Below, one piece after another: positions 37,081 through 50,870 of a stretch of DNA of 64,000 bases. A program made the translations under genes and the position numbers. Source of the stretch: Haliotis rufescens (lineage: Eukaryota); NCBI RefSeq assembly GCF_023055435.1, contig NW_025963779.1, positions 48,794,001 to 48,858,000 of the forward strand, given 5' to 3'. Numbering within the stretch: position 1 is the first letter of the stretch; the number at the start of each line of letters is the position of its first letter. Below the pieces are notes generated by a model. The model had not been told where the DNA came from, ran no database searches, and was given only the letters and a program-made list of their open reading frames with translations.

Positions 37081-39252
37081 CACCGTTGCGTATTAGATGA
37101 TGGCTATGATCTGAAATGTTATAACGCTAGATTAGGAAGGAGAAACATTAACGTTTTATGATACACGAGATTTGGGGACACTGACATGAGCAAAAAGATT
37201 TTAAAATAAACATGCATAAAAGGGGATAGAGAAAACGGTGAAAACAAATTGAAATAGATTTTGATAAAAACAACATTGTACGAAGCAACTTGCCTGTGCA
37301 CAAGCGGTTCCCCAGGATAGGATATTGCATAAACAACACAAACTTGTTTGACTGTTTTGAGTTGTTGTACACTGAAGAATAGCAAGTGTTTTTTCATGTT
37401 ATACGTATGCTTCCATATACACATTGCAATGTAAGTTGTTGCATTTTCAATGGGGGGATAAAATACCTCCATATACCCCGAGTGACGGAGGCTAGTGGTA
37501 TAAAACCAAATGAGGGACGCATAAAACCCCACGTACACCGAGTGATACTGCTACAACGAATTTATCTTACCGACATGTTTTAATATGACATTGTAAAAGA
37601 ATTAACAAATCAAAATTGATAGAAAACAGCTGTTCGATTGAGCAGAGGTTAACTTGTGCTATGCCACGTGACTTCCATTGACTCGGAAAAAGCGTGTGGC
37701 TTTTTGGTTTGAAGCGGGGTATAAGTGATTTATTCTGCCTCTCAGAAATCCACGTGAAGCATGTATTACTCGTGGCGGGGTATACGAGATTTATTCCCCA
37801 CTGAGAAATGTATTACCCTCCAAGGCGGGTTACACAGTATTGTATCAGGATCACATGGACCAATCAGATCTCATCATTCTGACATGGGGTATGCTAAATT
37901 CAGGTTATGAAGCCGAGAAAGAAGGTGCCAAGTATTAAGTGCATTCACACACGAAAGCAAAACAATTCTTGTGTGTATACCCTTTCCTCTGAAATATGTA
38001 ACAGGTATTTTGAATTGTAATACTCGTAGCAATGAGTAAATCTTGGTAACTCAACGTTACTTGGGGTGTCTCCGATACATCTGCTTTTCAGTTTATTGAC
38101 AGTTTTGATTAATTTGTTATCTGCTCATTCAATTTTCACTTTTCATGTAATAGACACTGTCAATCAAATTTGGCTATTTTTTCTTTGCATCGGGAATGAA
38201 TAGTTGATTCGTCTAGTCATACATTTTACGGTTCTTACACGATCGAATGATTGACACCACACATTCCATCAGAGAGTTAATTATATATTATTTTTTAATT
38301 ATATGCATGTATTATAACTAATTGTAGTAGATACTTACATCACTGTATCTCAGAACGCAGAACTGATAACACCCAAACATGTAATGAGTACACAGAGAAT
38401 TGTTACATATCATTTCCTGTACATTCCTGCTTGAACAAAGAGCCTAGATGTATGCTGTAGTTGGTGCAACTGTGTGTCCACATGTACAGTCTCAGCTGGC
38501 TGACGTCACATCTCCAATCAAGTCAGGTACGATGACACGCAATCAGCACGACAGAGCTCACCGGCCGATCCCGATGTCAGTCGCCTCTTGCGACATGTCC
38601 TGGGCTCTTGTCCTGATCTGGAACCCCTCAGGTGTTGTCATTGTGACGGAATACACTTACACGTATAGCTAATGGTGAAGCGACATCACTAACCACCGTG
38701 AAATGACACCATTGTGAATGTAAGTTTATGTATTAAGCTGATGGATTGGAATAGGTAGGCAGGTGTTTTTTGCACTGACGTGTAGCCGAGGGCAAAGACA
38801 TGGAGATGACGAGACAGTCGTGCCAGGTTATAAATGGATATAGTCTCTAACTTGTTGCCAAGAGTCGAATAATCACTCAAGCCTGCTAGTGATATCTGGT
38901 CAAGACTGACCCAGTTTGTACTTGCGTATTTAGTCCAAATTGCTGTTATTTACGTATAACAGGCGCGCATAATTCGTAACAAGTTACTCCCAATCCCCGG
39001 GTGATGTGGAGATCGCATCTGACTTGTGGCTTATAGCTGTTTCTAGGGGAGCGGACGAGATTGACTCATGCTTCGTGCTACATCTGCAGGTCCACAGTGC
39101 GGACGAATTATCGTTGACAAAGGTGAACCTACAATTATGTACAGCTGTGGATGAGAACACGATACGGTTTACAGCACTATTTTGTGTGAAAGAATGGTTG
39201 CTCCTCTCTTTAACACACCAGTTTAGTTATTTGAACAGAGAATTACCATATA

Positions 39253-39432
39253 CAGTAAACTACATTAACAACGAACACGCTTATAACGAACTGACTGATA
39301 TAACGAATTTATGCTTTAGTCCCGGGCATTTGTTGAAAAATGCTGTATACATGCTTATAACGAACTACGGCTATTACGAGCTAACATTATTGACCCCCCC
39401 TCCCTTGAATTCGTTATGACCGTAGTTTACTG
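39253..39432. mobile_element. MITE (Tc1/mariner-pogo type) with TA TSD
   Basis: TIR cagtaaactac...gtagtttactg flanked by TA; internal ataacgaa repeats; second copy at 58392. Confidence 0.85.
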
Positions 39433-39700
39433 TATAGACATCCAAGTGAGAAGTACTGGTCAGTAGCATTGTAGATGTGCTTCTGTAGTTCGTAATCTAT
39501 ACGATTCAGAGTCGTGACTACCTCAGGGTTATAGAAAAATACATATACTTCGGCTAAAGGTATCTCCATGGAGTTGACGAAACAAAACTGCTATTGTTTG
39601 GTCCCTGGGACACAAACAGCGGACTCCTCCTACCCCTCGTTTCCCCCTCTTCTTCAGACGTGACATTTAGTTTAAAGTGCACATACAGCCACATATAGTT

Positions 39701-39860
39701 GGGGGCGGTCGGGTAGTCTAGTGGTTAAAGCGTTCGCTTGTCACGCCGAAGACCCGGGTTCGATCCGAATTCGATTCCCGACATGGGTACAATGTGTGGA
39801 GCCCATTTTTGGTGTCCCCCGCCGTGATATTGCTGGAATATTGCTCAAACTCACTCACTC
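39701..39860 (+). mobile_element. SINE family A with TSD
   Basis: Same head, body and tail; duplicated B-box segment; TSD cacat(a/c)tagttgg. Confidence 0.88.
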
Positions 39861-40095
39861 ACATCTAGTTGGATGTTGTTCATCTTTCTTGTCAAGTAAC
39901 ATGATAGATCTTGTAAGGCGTGAAACGCCCATTTTAAACATTTTAGGTTCACATAGACAATACATACCTTTGAGATTAAATGCACTGCACACATGAAGTT
40001 ATAAAAGTCAATGGCGTGACGCTCATGCCATAGATTGTTGTAACCTGTCACGTGAGATTGGCGGCTGTCAGCATAAAGATAGACTTCAGTCAACT

Positions 40096-40780
40096 ATACT
40101 GAACCGCATAAGAAACGTCGTTTTGTCAGATGTTGATGACACTTCGACAAAAAGATGCAATATGTAGCTTCTATCGGGAATATGTCATGTGACATCATAT
40201 TGTACCTCTGATATGGCAATTCGTCTAAATGCCCGGATGATTACGTCATGACAAGTGTTCAATTGCCCTGTCATGAGGGTCGTGTGAGGTGTTTGCAAAC
40301 AAACTGAAAAAGCACGCTCATGGTCGCGCTGGGTATTAAAGACACCGAAAAGACACAGACTGCCAGTTGTTTTTTATGACACAGCAGCCTTTCCGCGACT
40401 CAACGTGATAAACCATTGAACGTCTGAACGCCGGTCATCGACCTCGGGTCATTGCAAATGTCTCCAATTGCACTGTTCGCACTATACAACGTCTGAGGCA
40501 GCAATACAACACCACCAACAGCATCAACGACAGACCACGCAGTGGTCGCCCCAGGGTCACAACGCCACGACAGGATTGCCACATAGAGTGCCAACACTTC
40601 TACGACCGAATTGCTAGAATAACGGAAACAGCTCTTCATTCCATTGGCACGAATCATCGCCATTGGCCATCGCCTTCTCAGATGAATGCAGGTACTGCAT
40701 TTTCCACTGCAGAGCCAGAGTGTTGGAAGGCAGGGGGAGCGGTTTGCACGTGCATGTACCATGGGAAGGGACCCGTACGT
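40096..40780 (+). mobile_element. Second, degraded Tc1-like transposon
   Basis: Starts tatactgaac. Manual translation of about 40412-40630 gives IERLNAGHRPRVIANVSNCTVRTIQRLRQQYNTTNSINDRPRSGRPRVTTPRQD, a Tc1 paired-like DNA-binding region. Confidence 0.8.
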
Positions 40781-41832
40781 AAGGAGAACTCGGCGTGTTT
40801 AATTGGATTCACGTACGTATATTTCTAGAAGGTGTGAACATGTTCAAATGAATACGTATAATTAGGTAATTTGCCATTGTCAGCTTATACCTTTTTTGTC
40901 TGAACATTTTTAGGACGTGTACCAGTATATATGTGTCAGTCCGTCATATCCAGACACCGGATTCAGAATATCAGTCATGAGTGATTGAAACATTCTTGAA
41001 ATTATGGCATATTTCCAAGAATTATTACCCGAATTTTAATCTTAACTGTAACCTATACACGTAACTGTACCGACCCCGTGGTCCACATGACGTGGGCAGG
41101 ATGTCATCCTTATTACTCTATCCGATATCGACATACTCTCGCAGTCTTCGGTTTACTTGGTAGAGTCCACATACATACACTTCCGCAGTCCAGATACATA
41201 CACCCCGGCAGTATTCTCAGTCGTGTTTATACGCTGTCATCAAGCGTCAATACTACAGTATAGGACAGCGATAGTAACACACCGGTCATTTACTACTTTA
41301 CATGAGACATCTATTATCTCACAGGAGGGTGTAATCCGCTTTACGTCACAATGAGCTGTCCAGCTCACTAAGTAGTGTTTGTGGCGGATGACGCTGATGA
41401 AGGCCACCCAGCGATGTGGTGTTTGCAGAAGCCATGGTTGCCACACGGCCAAGTGGGGTGGATAGTGTGTGTACACTTAGGGTGAAGCAACCCAACCACC
41501 AACCAGCACTGTGCAAGGAACATATATAACAGATAATCCTGTAGACGGAAGTGGGATTTGAGGAGCTAGAAAACGTTAACGATAATGGTTGACGACCGTA
41601 GGTTTCTTTAGGAAAAAGATATGCGTTTGATCAGTAATTCCCGCATAAGATGGTTTACTTCATTGTTAACATTCCAACAGTATTTAAAATTAAGTATGAT
41701 AGGTCAGAAAAACTCTCATTACGAGTAATTTAGATAGTGGCTATGGGAAATACTGCTTCAGAGATTATTCTAAGCATTTATAACTGTACAAATGGTGCTG
41801 AAAATGTATTTCAGTAAATGATCTGGACATTG

Positions 41833-41927
41833 TTCCACAAAGCGATTTTAGCGCTATGACTATCGTAAGCCAGTGTTAAAGTATGGGAGTTACGATCACC
41901 TTAGCGCTAAGATGGCTTTGTGGAACG
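41833..41927. mobile_element. Small MITE-like inverted-repeat element
   Basis: gttccacaaagcgattttagcgcta ... tagcgctaagatggctttgtggaac imperfect terminal inverted repeats. Confidence 0.6.
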
Positions 41928-42152
41928 GGGCCCTGATTATATGTATAACGAATCGAATCAATGCGTTTTGAAATTTCATTTTACTTTTCAACAGATAACA
42001 CAATACTAACTGAGCAGTCTTACTCTAGTGGTTCTACATTTACACAAAGTTACCAATCCATTTAATATCAAATGAGATTGTTTTTATATAACGAATAAGA
42101 ATGCTCCTTCATAACTACAATTTAAAGAACTATCCCATTTATATATAAAACA

Positions 42153-42213
42153 CCCGCCGTGATATTGCTGGAATATTGCTAAAAGCGGCGTAAAACCATA
42201 CTCACTCACTCAC
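42153..42213 (+). mobile_element. 5'-truncated SINE family A tail with TSD
   Basis: cccgccgtgatattgctggaatattgctaaaagcggcgtaaaaccatactcactcactcac flanked by the TSD tatatataaaaca. Confidence 0.85.
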
Positions 42214-44149
42214 TATATATAAAACATCCGAAATCACGGAACATTTCCTAAACATGTTTATAGTACCTACACGGTTCTCTCAAGTTACTTCGAATTACAT
42301 ATCTGAACAAAGACAGCTGTATATTGTGTTGTGAAATACTTACAACAAAACATAACGTTCAGTCACCGGAAAACACAGTTGGTTCACGAATGAGAAGTTC
42401 CACCTTTTTAATACAACTAAGCCCAGTGATTGATAAAGTGCAAACTTACCGACTTACAGACAATATGAACTGCCGTCTCTAACTTCATGTGAATACGTAC
42501 GTTTATTCTTACACTGCACATGATCAGATGTGGAGAGCCACCATCGCACTTATAATTCATATGCGAGATACGTATTTAACATTAGAGATACAACAGTTTA
42601 CATTAAAATATAATAGATGATAGAGGAACAAGAAGCATTTATATGTCAGGCCACACAGCGTCATTTTGTTTATGCGTTCTGAATGTCTTTGACCTTCGTA
42701 TAACATATATGTCATACTTATTTCCTGGTATATTATCATAATTAATGTTTGTGCGCGGGTTATGTTCATGTAAATAACGGAATATTTACACATAGATAGC
42801 CTCTGTCAGCTTCCTTACTTGTAGATAATGTGATTAATATCATCATCTGTAGCCTCCCGTCAAGGGTTCCTCAGTGTGTCTACAGTTTGTGTGATCGAAT
42901 CTTCAACAAATAAGCTACACATACTAGTACTTGGGTAAAGGTATAAGGCTTATGGTGTGGTTACTCTATGATCGGCCGGTATATTGGAACTTGACCTGAA
43001 AGATATACCTGTAGCTATCTATTGATCCTTTTATGTTTATGTCCATATATGTCCCCCAGCAACTATACACCATGGCATTATTTAAGGATTCAAGAGAGTT
43101 GTTTTAGGGCTCTCAGTATAATGAAAGCCTCTTGATGTTTAATCTGTTAAACGTGTATATGATGGCATTATGTGTGATAAACATACGTTAGCCGATAGTA
43201 TACATAATTATGTATTTGTGTCTGAAGCATAATGTGTGATATGCATACGTAAGATCAACAGCATACATGATTATCTATAATAGAAATTTAGACACATATA
43301 ATTGGAATGTATACATACCCAAATGAAAGTTTAAATCATCACATTTACCTGCAGTTTCCGAGGTCTGCGATTAACTTCCCGACAAAGGAGGGCAGTTGAA
43401 AAGACCGAGGGCTTCTGCAAATGATAATGCCCTGAAAAATAGCGTTACCGTTATTAATGGATGGAATTTGCTATCAAATATCAAGAAACAACAATATCGG
43501 TTTTGAAACAATTACTGCAATTAACACGAATGTCACTGACCCACTTTTACAAATATGGAAACGTCATAGAACAAACCAGATGACGTCAATATTGAACGTG
43601 ACGTCACCTATCTCTATCCTATGACGTCACCCAACAACGGGCGTGATAATGGCCCGTCGTCAAGCACTATGAGGGCATTATCAAGTTACAGTGGCCCGCT
43701 CATTTTTGATAACATGCGGACGGTTTAATGATAATTGTATCCATTTTAGCTATAATCTACAATAACTGACTATGTGATACACGTGACACTCGTGAGAAGA
43801 TATCGTTTATGATTTGGAGATGTTTTATTTGACATTCGAGAAGTAGCTCGACATGCAGTTCTCTCGTACTCTGGTGGATTTTAATCAAGACTGATGTTTC
43901 TAGGCGAATCAGACATGTGGGATGGTGCCCCCGTCTCTTCCTGGTGTGTCACAGTTCACCTGGTACATCCTTATCTTTTTCAATTCACCCACCGTGTGCT
44001 TGGCATCTTTAACACTTACTTTCGATTTCGCCGTGGCTATCCGTATTCTGTATCCATTGTGCGAGTGTATGTATACACACAGGGATGTGTACGAGCGGTG
44101 GGGTACATTGGTGTACAGTTGGGTACAATTGTGTCACCACCTCAAAATA

Positions 44150-44400
44150 CTCCACCACCCTGTCTGACAACCCATTCACACTGTCCGACTACCCAACCAC
44201 CATGTCTGACTACCATACCACCCTATCTGACTTCCCCACCACCCTGTCTGACTACCCAACCACCCCGTCTGACTACCCCACCACCCTGTCTGACAACCAT
44301 ACCACCCTTTCCGACTACCCCACCACACTCTCCGACTACCCCACAACCCTGTCCGACTACCCCACCACCCTGTCTGACTACCCCACCTCCCTGTCTGACA
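44150..44400. repeat. 21-bp minisatellite, about 12 copies
   Basis: Unit ccccaccaccctgtctgacta; it abuts the 5' truncation point of a LINE. Confidence 0.92.
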
Positions 44401-46140
44401 TTTTAGGAAAAGTATTTACTACAATATTAAACAAAAGAATTTCTAAATGGGTGAACATGCGTGATAAGATTCAAGCTGGCTTCAGGAAAATATATTCTTC
44501 CTCAGATCATATATTTACACTTTATGCACTTATTCAAAAAAAACTTGTCACGGCGTAAGCATAATTTGTATGTATCATTTGTAGATTTCAAAAACTCTTT
44601 TGGTTCGGTTAATCGCTTTAAATTATGGACGTTTACGAAAAGCTTGTTTACGTTGGAAAATGTTTACTATTCTAAAATCAATGTATTCTAATGTGAGATC
44701 ATGTGTTCGTTGTGGGGATGGTGTAACAGATATTTTTGATTGTCCTTTGGGCCTAAGCCAAGGCTGTATTTTGAGTCTGATCTTATTTTCATATTCCATT
44801 TATGAATTATATGACGAAATAGCTGTCAATGGTAAACATGGTATCCAAATGTTTCCAGGTTTGATAGAAATATTAATGCTACGATGTCAATTAGTGTCAG
44901 ATACTGTTGTTGGTTCACAAAGGCAATATTTTAAGTACACACATGAAAGAATGGAAATTATCAGTGAATAAGGGAAAAAACTAAACTTGTGATCTTTAGA
45001 AAAGGTGGTCCAATAGCGTCGAAAGAAAGATGATAAATCGATGGTCAGTCAGTCAATATAGTAGCTCACTATTCATATTTATGAATCTGGTTCTCACACA
45101 CAATGAACTGAAAAAAAATATGCCCTTGTCTTGTCCTTGCGTGCAAAGAAAGCTTTAATAAGTGTAATGTCTATTGCTCATAAAGTTGGAATGATCTCAC
45201 CTAATATCTTCTAATATAGCTTTTTGATACCCAAATACAACCAATTTTATCGTATGGTTTTGAAGTATGGGGATTTCAACGTTATGACTGTTTAGAGAAG
45301 GTTCACTTGTTAGCATGTAAAAGGTTTCTTTGTGTCGGGTCTTCTACACAACATTGTATGGTTTACGGTGAATGTGGTAGATACCCATTATATATTAACT
45401 CTCAGATGAGATGTTTAAAATGCTGGTTTAAAATCTTTCATATGCATGAACAACGTCTCACTAAATTAGCTTATAGCATGCTTCCACATTTAGATAACAT
45501 GGGAAAGAATACTTGGACATCGCATATAAGGAATCTTTTATTTTCGCATGGTTTTGGTTTTATATGGCTATGTCAGTCAGTTGGAAATGTAAATATGTTT
45601 CTTAATGAATTGCGAAATCGGTCTATAAATATGTTCTACCAAGAATGACCTTCCACTTTAGAGGATAGTTCACGTTATGAAAACTTTCAAGACATTACTT
45701 CAACTAGAAATATATTTATCAGTACTCACTACAGAAAAACTTAAGAAAACATTTCATTAAATATCGACTTGGTTTACTAGACCTATTTGTCAATGAAGGA
45801 AGAAAACTGCCCATTGAAAAACTGAAGAGAATTTGTCCATTATGTAATCTAGAGTTAGAAAATGAAATTCATTTTGTGTTTGTCTGTCCATTTTACAATG
45901 ATCTTCGAAAGAAATATATAAGAAAATATTTATTGTCATCGATAAACGCCTTTGTAGTTATTCTGACGACAAAGAACGTATCTATATTAAATCTTTCTCT
46001 ATATATTAAGCATGCATTAGCCAAAAGAAATGAATTCATCAAACAACGTGTATATCCCAATGTGTAACATGTATGATTGTATCTACATGCGTTACTCTCT
46101 CTTGTGTATGGGCCGGAGGGCTTTATGTACAATAAACTTC
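44400..46140 (+). mobile_element. 5'-truncated LINE (RT to 3' end; RTE-X-like, clade uncertain)
   Basis: LGKVFTTILNKR..QAGFRK..DHIFTL, YVSFVDFKNSF, GLSQGCILS, MVYGECGRYPL, ICPLC..ENEIHFVFVCPFYNDLR; many stops and frameshifts. Confidence 0.85.
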
Positions 46141-46454
46141 TTTGTTATACCCTCCGGGCCATCATTTGCCCGGTCTGACCACAAACCATCAGAAAATTAT
46201 TATGTCTCTGACCTGACCTGATGAGCAAGCATGTGTATCGCTCGTCACATACCCACACCAAACGTTGAAGATCATCTCTAATCTTAGGGGTTTGAAATGC
46301 GTCTTTTAATTAAATGTTCACTAATAAATTAAGTGTATCTGCTGTAGAGATAGTAGTCTTAAGAGAGCAAACAAACCCCTTGAATAAGACTCACGTTGTT
46401 AACATTAATTGTGGCGATCCCCGATACACGCTTGCTTCATAATACAGGTGTCAG

Positions 46455-46880
46455 TGTCACACCAACAGATACAGTGTTTGTTCCCCATATAGACTCATAC
46501 TTTGACACACAAACAGATACAGTGTTTGTTCGCCATACATACTGACACTTTGACACACCAACAGATACAGTGTTTGTCCCTCACACAAACTGACACTATG
46601 ACACACCAACAGATACAGTGTTTGTCCCCCACACAGACTGACACTATGACACACCAACAGATACAGTGTTTGTCCCCCACACAGACTGACACCATGACAC
46701 ACCAACAGATACAGTGTTTGTCCCCCACACAGACTGACACTATGACACACCAACAGATACAGTATTTGTCCCCCACACAGACTGACACTATGACACACCA
46801 ACAGATACAGTGTTTGTCCCCCACACAGACTGACACTATGACACACCAACAGATACAGTATTTGTCCCCCACACAGACTG
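46455..46880. repeat. 48-bp minisatellite, about 9 copies
   Basis: Unit gacacaccaacagatacagtgtttgtcccccacacagactgacactat. Confidence 0.95.
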
Positions 46881-47297
46881 ATAGTTAGACATCCCCACAC
46901 GGACAGTACTTGTCTGATATTCCAGTATTCACTCTGTAAGGTTTAGTCTGAATTATTCTGTAATATGAACTTATTATATTGTTAGGGGACGACTCGGCGG
47001 GTTGCCTGACGCTATTGTTGTAGCATTGTACCCACAGGCGCGTAATAAGCCCCACAGCAATAGAGTTATCCTCCTCATTAGCAGATGTGGCTCTCCCGGG
47101 ACGTACAGCATACAGAAACAACCTTGGTAAACTCTATCAGGACATTTTATGGCATTGCCTTTTTAGGCACTTATATTAATCCCTTATTATACATAAATTG
47201 TAGCGCTATTCGTGCAAGTAAATTTTGGCTACACACATATAAATTATAGCACTATAAGTAATGCACATGATACATGATATATTCGTATATGAATTTA

Positions 47298-47452
47298 GTG
47301 AGTTGAGTTGAAATAGGGTTCAACGCCGCGTCCACGATTACTTCACTCTTTAGCGACGTGCATGAGTGTGTGCCTGCTTGTACTAGGCCGGACTCATGCC
47401 GATTTTATAGTACTAGCCCATTGAGATACCATGCGTCAGTTTAAACATGAAT
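47298..47452 (-). mobile_element. SINE family B 3' fragment
   Basis: Matches the 3' half of the 56501 copy. Confidence 0.75.
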
Positions 47453-47559
47453 ACAAACAATGCTCGGTTTCAGGCCTAAAACTGAGGCAATCTAGACTTG
47501 CCAAATCATTCTAGATTTGAGTTGGGTTTATTTCTTAATATGTTCTCTAGGGTCTGGGG

Positions 47560-47850
47560 CACAGACTAGGCTCACCAGCACAAGGGCATACAACCGGATT
47601 CCTCAACGTTGCACAGTCTCGCCAATGACAAAAGGGACATCTGATAAAAAGTCGCTGTCGCTGTTCGTGTAGGCCCCACGTAGTCCATCACACATTTACA
47701 GATGGCTTGTCGTTGATGGAACATGCAGACCATTCATTTGGCACTGGAACACTGCATGGGCTTGCGTTCTTGGCTTCTGTCTCGACATCTGTGAAGATGG
47801 TGGTTGGCTGTAGGTTGACGTCATGGGCAGTGGCATTCTGCTTCAGGGAG
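47560..47850 (-). mobile_element. MULE/Mutator transposase relic
   Basis: Frameshifted manual translation LQPTTIFTDVETEAKNA..AVF..CMFHQRQAICK matches the MULE D-x-E...FP...CxFH..QA signature. Confidence 0.65.
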
Positions 47851-47854
47851 GTGA

Positions 47855-48032
47855 TGTTTGTTTGTTGTTGTTTAACGCCGCACTCAGCAATATTCCAGCT
47901 ATATGAAGGCGGTCTGTAAATATATTCGAATTGGACCAGACAATCCAGTGATAGACATCACGAGCATCAATCCACGCAATTGGAATCGATGACATGCATC
48001 AACCAAGTCAGCAAGCCTGACCACCCGATCCA
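47855..48032 (-). mobile_element. Family C, 5'-truncated copy
   Basis: Aligns to the 3' portion of the 63162 copy. Confidence 0.8.
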
Positions 48033-49569
48033 AGAATTCTACATAGGTACATTGTCGTCAAACTGACAATAGGGCATACACAAGTGTGTACAAAAGCGTG
48101 GACGGTGTATATTTGTTAGAAGGGTGTAATCGATGTACCGTGTCTATCAACCCCTTAAACACATCCGGCAAAGTGGGTATACGTATTACGTATGCTTGAT
48201 TGCACATTAGCATTATACAAATATTATACTCTGAATGACAAGAATGATGGATAGCAAACCCTAATCGGCGAGATGAATAAGATTCTCTCAACGCCATAGA
48301 AAGCTAAATTAGCTTTAGTAGCAAGAAAGAAAAACGCTCTCATTTATCAATCCTTTTTTAACGTTGTGATTAGTTAAACACAATATTGTAAATCAAACAA
48401 AGAAAGAATACACATTCTGGTTGATTCTTTGGTTGAAATGAGTGCACTCTTCGCAGTGCTTTAGAGAAGAAATAGCATAGTTACCTCCCTGTCCATGTCA
48501 TGCAACTGTCTACATGAAATAAACCATTGCACAAAGCATCGATCATCATCTATGACAGCTTGTCAAGGAAGTGAAAACAGGGAACGTTCTTTGTGTCGGG
48601 CTCGTGATGATGTCTCAGGTATGGATAATTATTCATGGACATGCAAGTTTGTCTTAATTGGGAACAAGAGGAACACTGTCCTTTCTGTAGTGTCCGTTCA
48701 TAACTTAACGGGCTGTTCTGTTTCGTTAACACTCGGTTCGTAAATGTACCGTCACAATGATCACAAGACAAACATAACACGTTCGGTTATTGCTTTGTGA
48801 TAATTATGGTAAGTGTAATCTCATTACGATATAGCTAAAACTAAACAGTTGTACATGTTAAAAAATACCAAACCGTGACATAAAAACACAAATGTAGGAT
48901 GTTATATTTTATTTCAGCGACTATATAATTAAAGCAACATAAATATAATCATGGATGTATTAGTGCACAAAAATAGTTTATATCAAACCGGCAAGTCAAT
49001 TTACTGTACATAAATAATGATAGACAAGACATATTAGATTTAAATAATATAGCTATAAATACTTATTCAACAATTACAATGTGTCAAGTCTTTATCGCTT
49101 TAGCATTCGTACAACAAATTCGGTATACAATCACAGATTCACACGGGACCTTTCCAATTACGAGCTCACAAAAACATTGATAATCGAATATGAATAAAGA
49201 CATATGATAAAAATACGCCGTTAGGGGAAACCATGACAAATGCATGGTGTTTCAAACATAAATGATAAATATCAAAAGTAATTCATTTTGTAATGGAATG
49301 CTTGGTTACTCTTTAGTGTATCAATGACAGTTAAAATATCATAGAAATAACATGTGACTCCCGTGACTTAATTCAAATGAAAACAATAGGTTTTCAAATA
49401 AGTTCCCTGCGATGGATGCGTCTGTTTGTTTTTAATTACAACAACACTTTCAAATGACACAGTGCACATTTCTATCACAATATGCTTGTCAGTTATCTGG
49501 AACCCTCCAAAAAACTATATACATGATGTTTTTACCACAGGGATGTACATAGATTTGAAGTCCAATGTA

Positions 49570-50833
49570 CTAGCACTGCCATGGTAGGAAGGTGCCAAGT
49601 TCCCCCAGCGGAGTTGGGTTCTTCATCCAGTCCAGAACCTGTTCAATGGATACAACATAGACATCTTGCATGGACACTAAAGTCATTATGAATCTGTCGA
49701 GTCCTGCCAAGTTGGGTTTATAGATGAAGTGGGAGAACCACTGTTGTCTCAGTGTTACACCGAAAGGGGCTCGGTTGCCATCGTAATGCTCCTTGAAGTT
49801 CCGCCACAAGAAGTTGAAGGTATCGTCTGCTGTTGGTGGGTTGAACATGCAGCCGTCAGCGTACGTGCAGGGATAGCGTTGTGTGTAGTCCAGAAGAGGT
49901 ACAATGGGGACCTCCCATAATCCAGGATACGCCTCAGTGGGACAGCCACTAATATCACATGTATCCCTCCAGCGAAAGTCGAGCGTGTAAGGCCAAGCGA
50001 AGTCCCCTTTGGTCTGAGGGTTTGGTAGAGACAGAGTGCTATCATACAGGAGGTTTTGAGACTTGAGGATCTTGAACTGGGCGTCTCCAAGAGGTTTCAA
50101 AGCGGGGCTTCTCCACCCTTTGAGGTTTCTGACGGGAAGCTTGGCTTGGAGATAGTTGATCTCGTTGTTCAGGTCTGTCTCTAACGAGTTGGATCGTCGA
50201 TATGCGTCCATGTCGTCCCCTCTTAGCCCAACTTCCATTCCCATGCCTGCCAGACGTTTGAGGTAAGTCATGTAGTTACCACTCTTAGACACGAACATTG
50301 TCGCTGAGATGGAACAGTTATTGGGATTCGTTCTGTCAGAATCAAAGAGATGCACGAGGTTCATGTACGAGTTCACGTTGACTGGGCCATCGAAAGTGAA
50401 ATACACCATCTGAGGGGTTTCTGTCTCCGCTAAACCCCCTGGCGGGTGGGTTGTTCTGCACATACAGCCAGGTAGCCTACAGTTCCAGCCTTGAATACAC
50501 GGCAATGATGACGAAGAGCGCGAGTGAGATGGGAGTCCAGATGATGCAGTTGACTGCAGGAACTGCATTTGTGCTGAGCTCAGTACTCGTGTCGCTCCCC
50601 CGTTTTTTGCTGCTGTTGTCAATAGTTTGCTGACAGCTGTCGGGAAGGAAAGCTTGGGCGTTGATGACTTATGTTTGTGAGACACTTGAGGAGACGATTG
50701 TGCAAGTTCTGTCGGACGAGTGCCTGACACAAATGTCTGCGACGGATGCACCTTTGTAATAAACTTAGTGCTTTTGGTGTCTTTAGGAGTTGTCGTCGAA
50801 GGAAATCGAATATTTGTAGTGGGCTTCATCGTA

Positions 50834-50870
<37 letters not shown>

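Noticed and set aside
43894-44558. Pro/Thr-rich ORFs (PPCLTT / TTLSDYP repeats)
   Set aside because: They are read-through of a 21-bp minisatellite into a LINE RT fragment.
46457-46900. Repetitive Cys-rich ORFs on both strands
   Set aside because: They are an artefact of a stop-free 48-bp repeat; there is no gene context.
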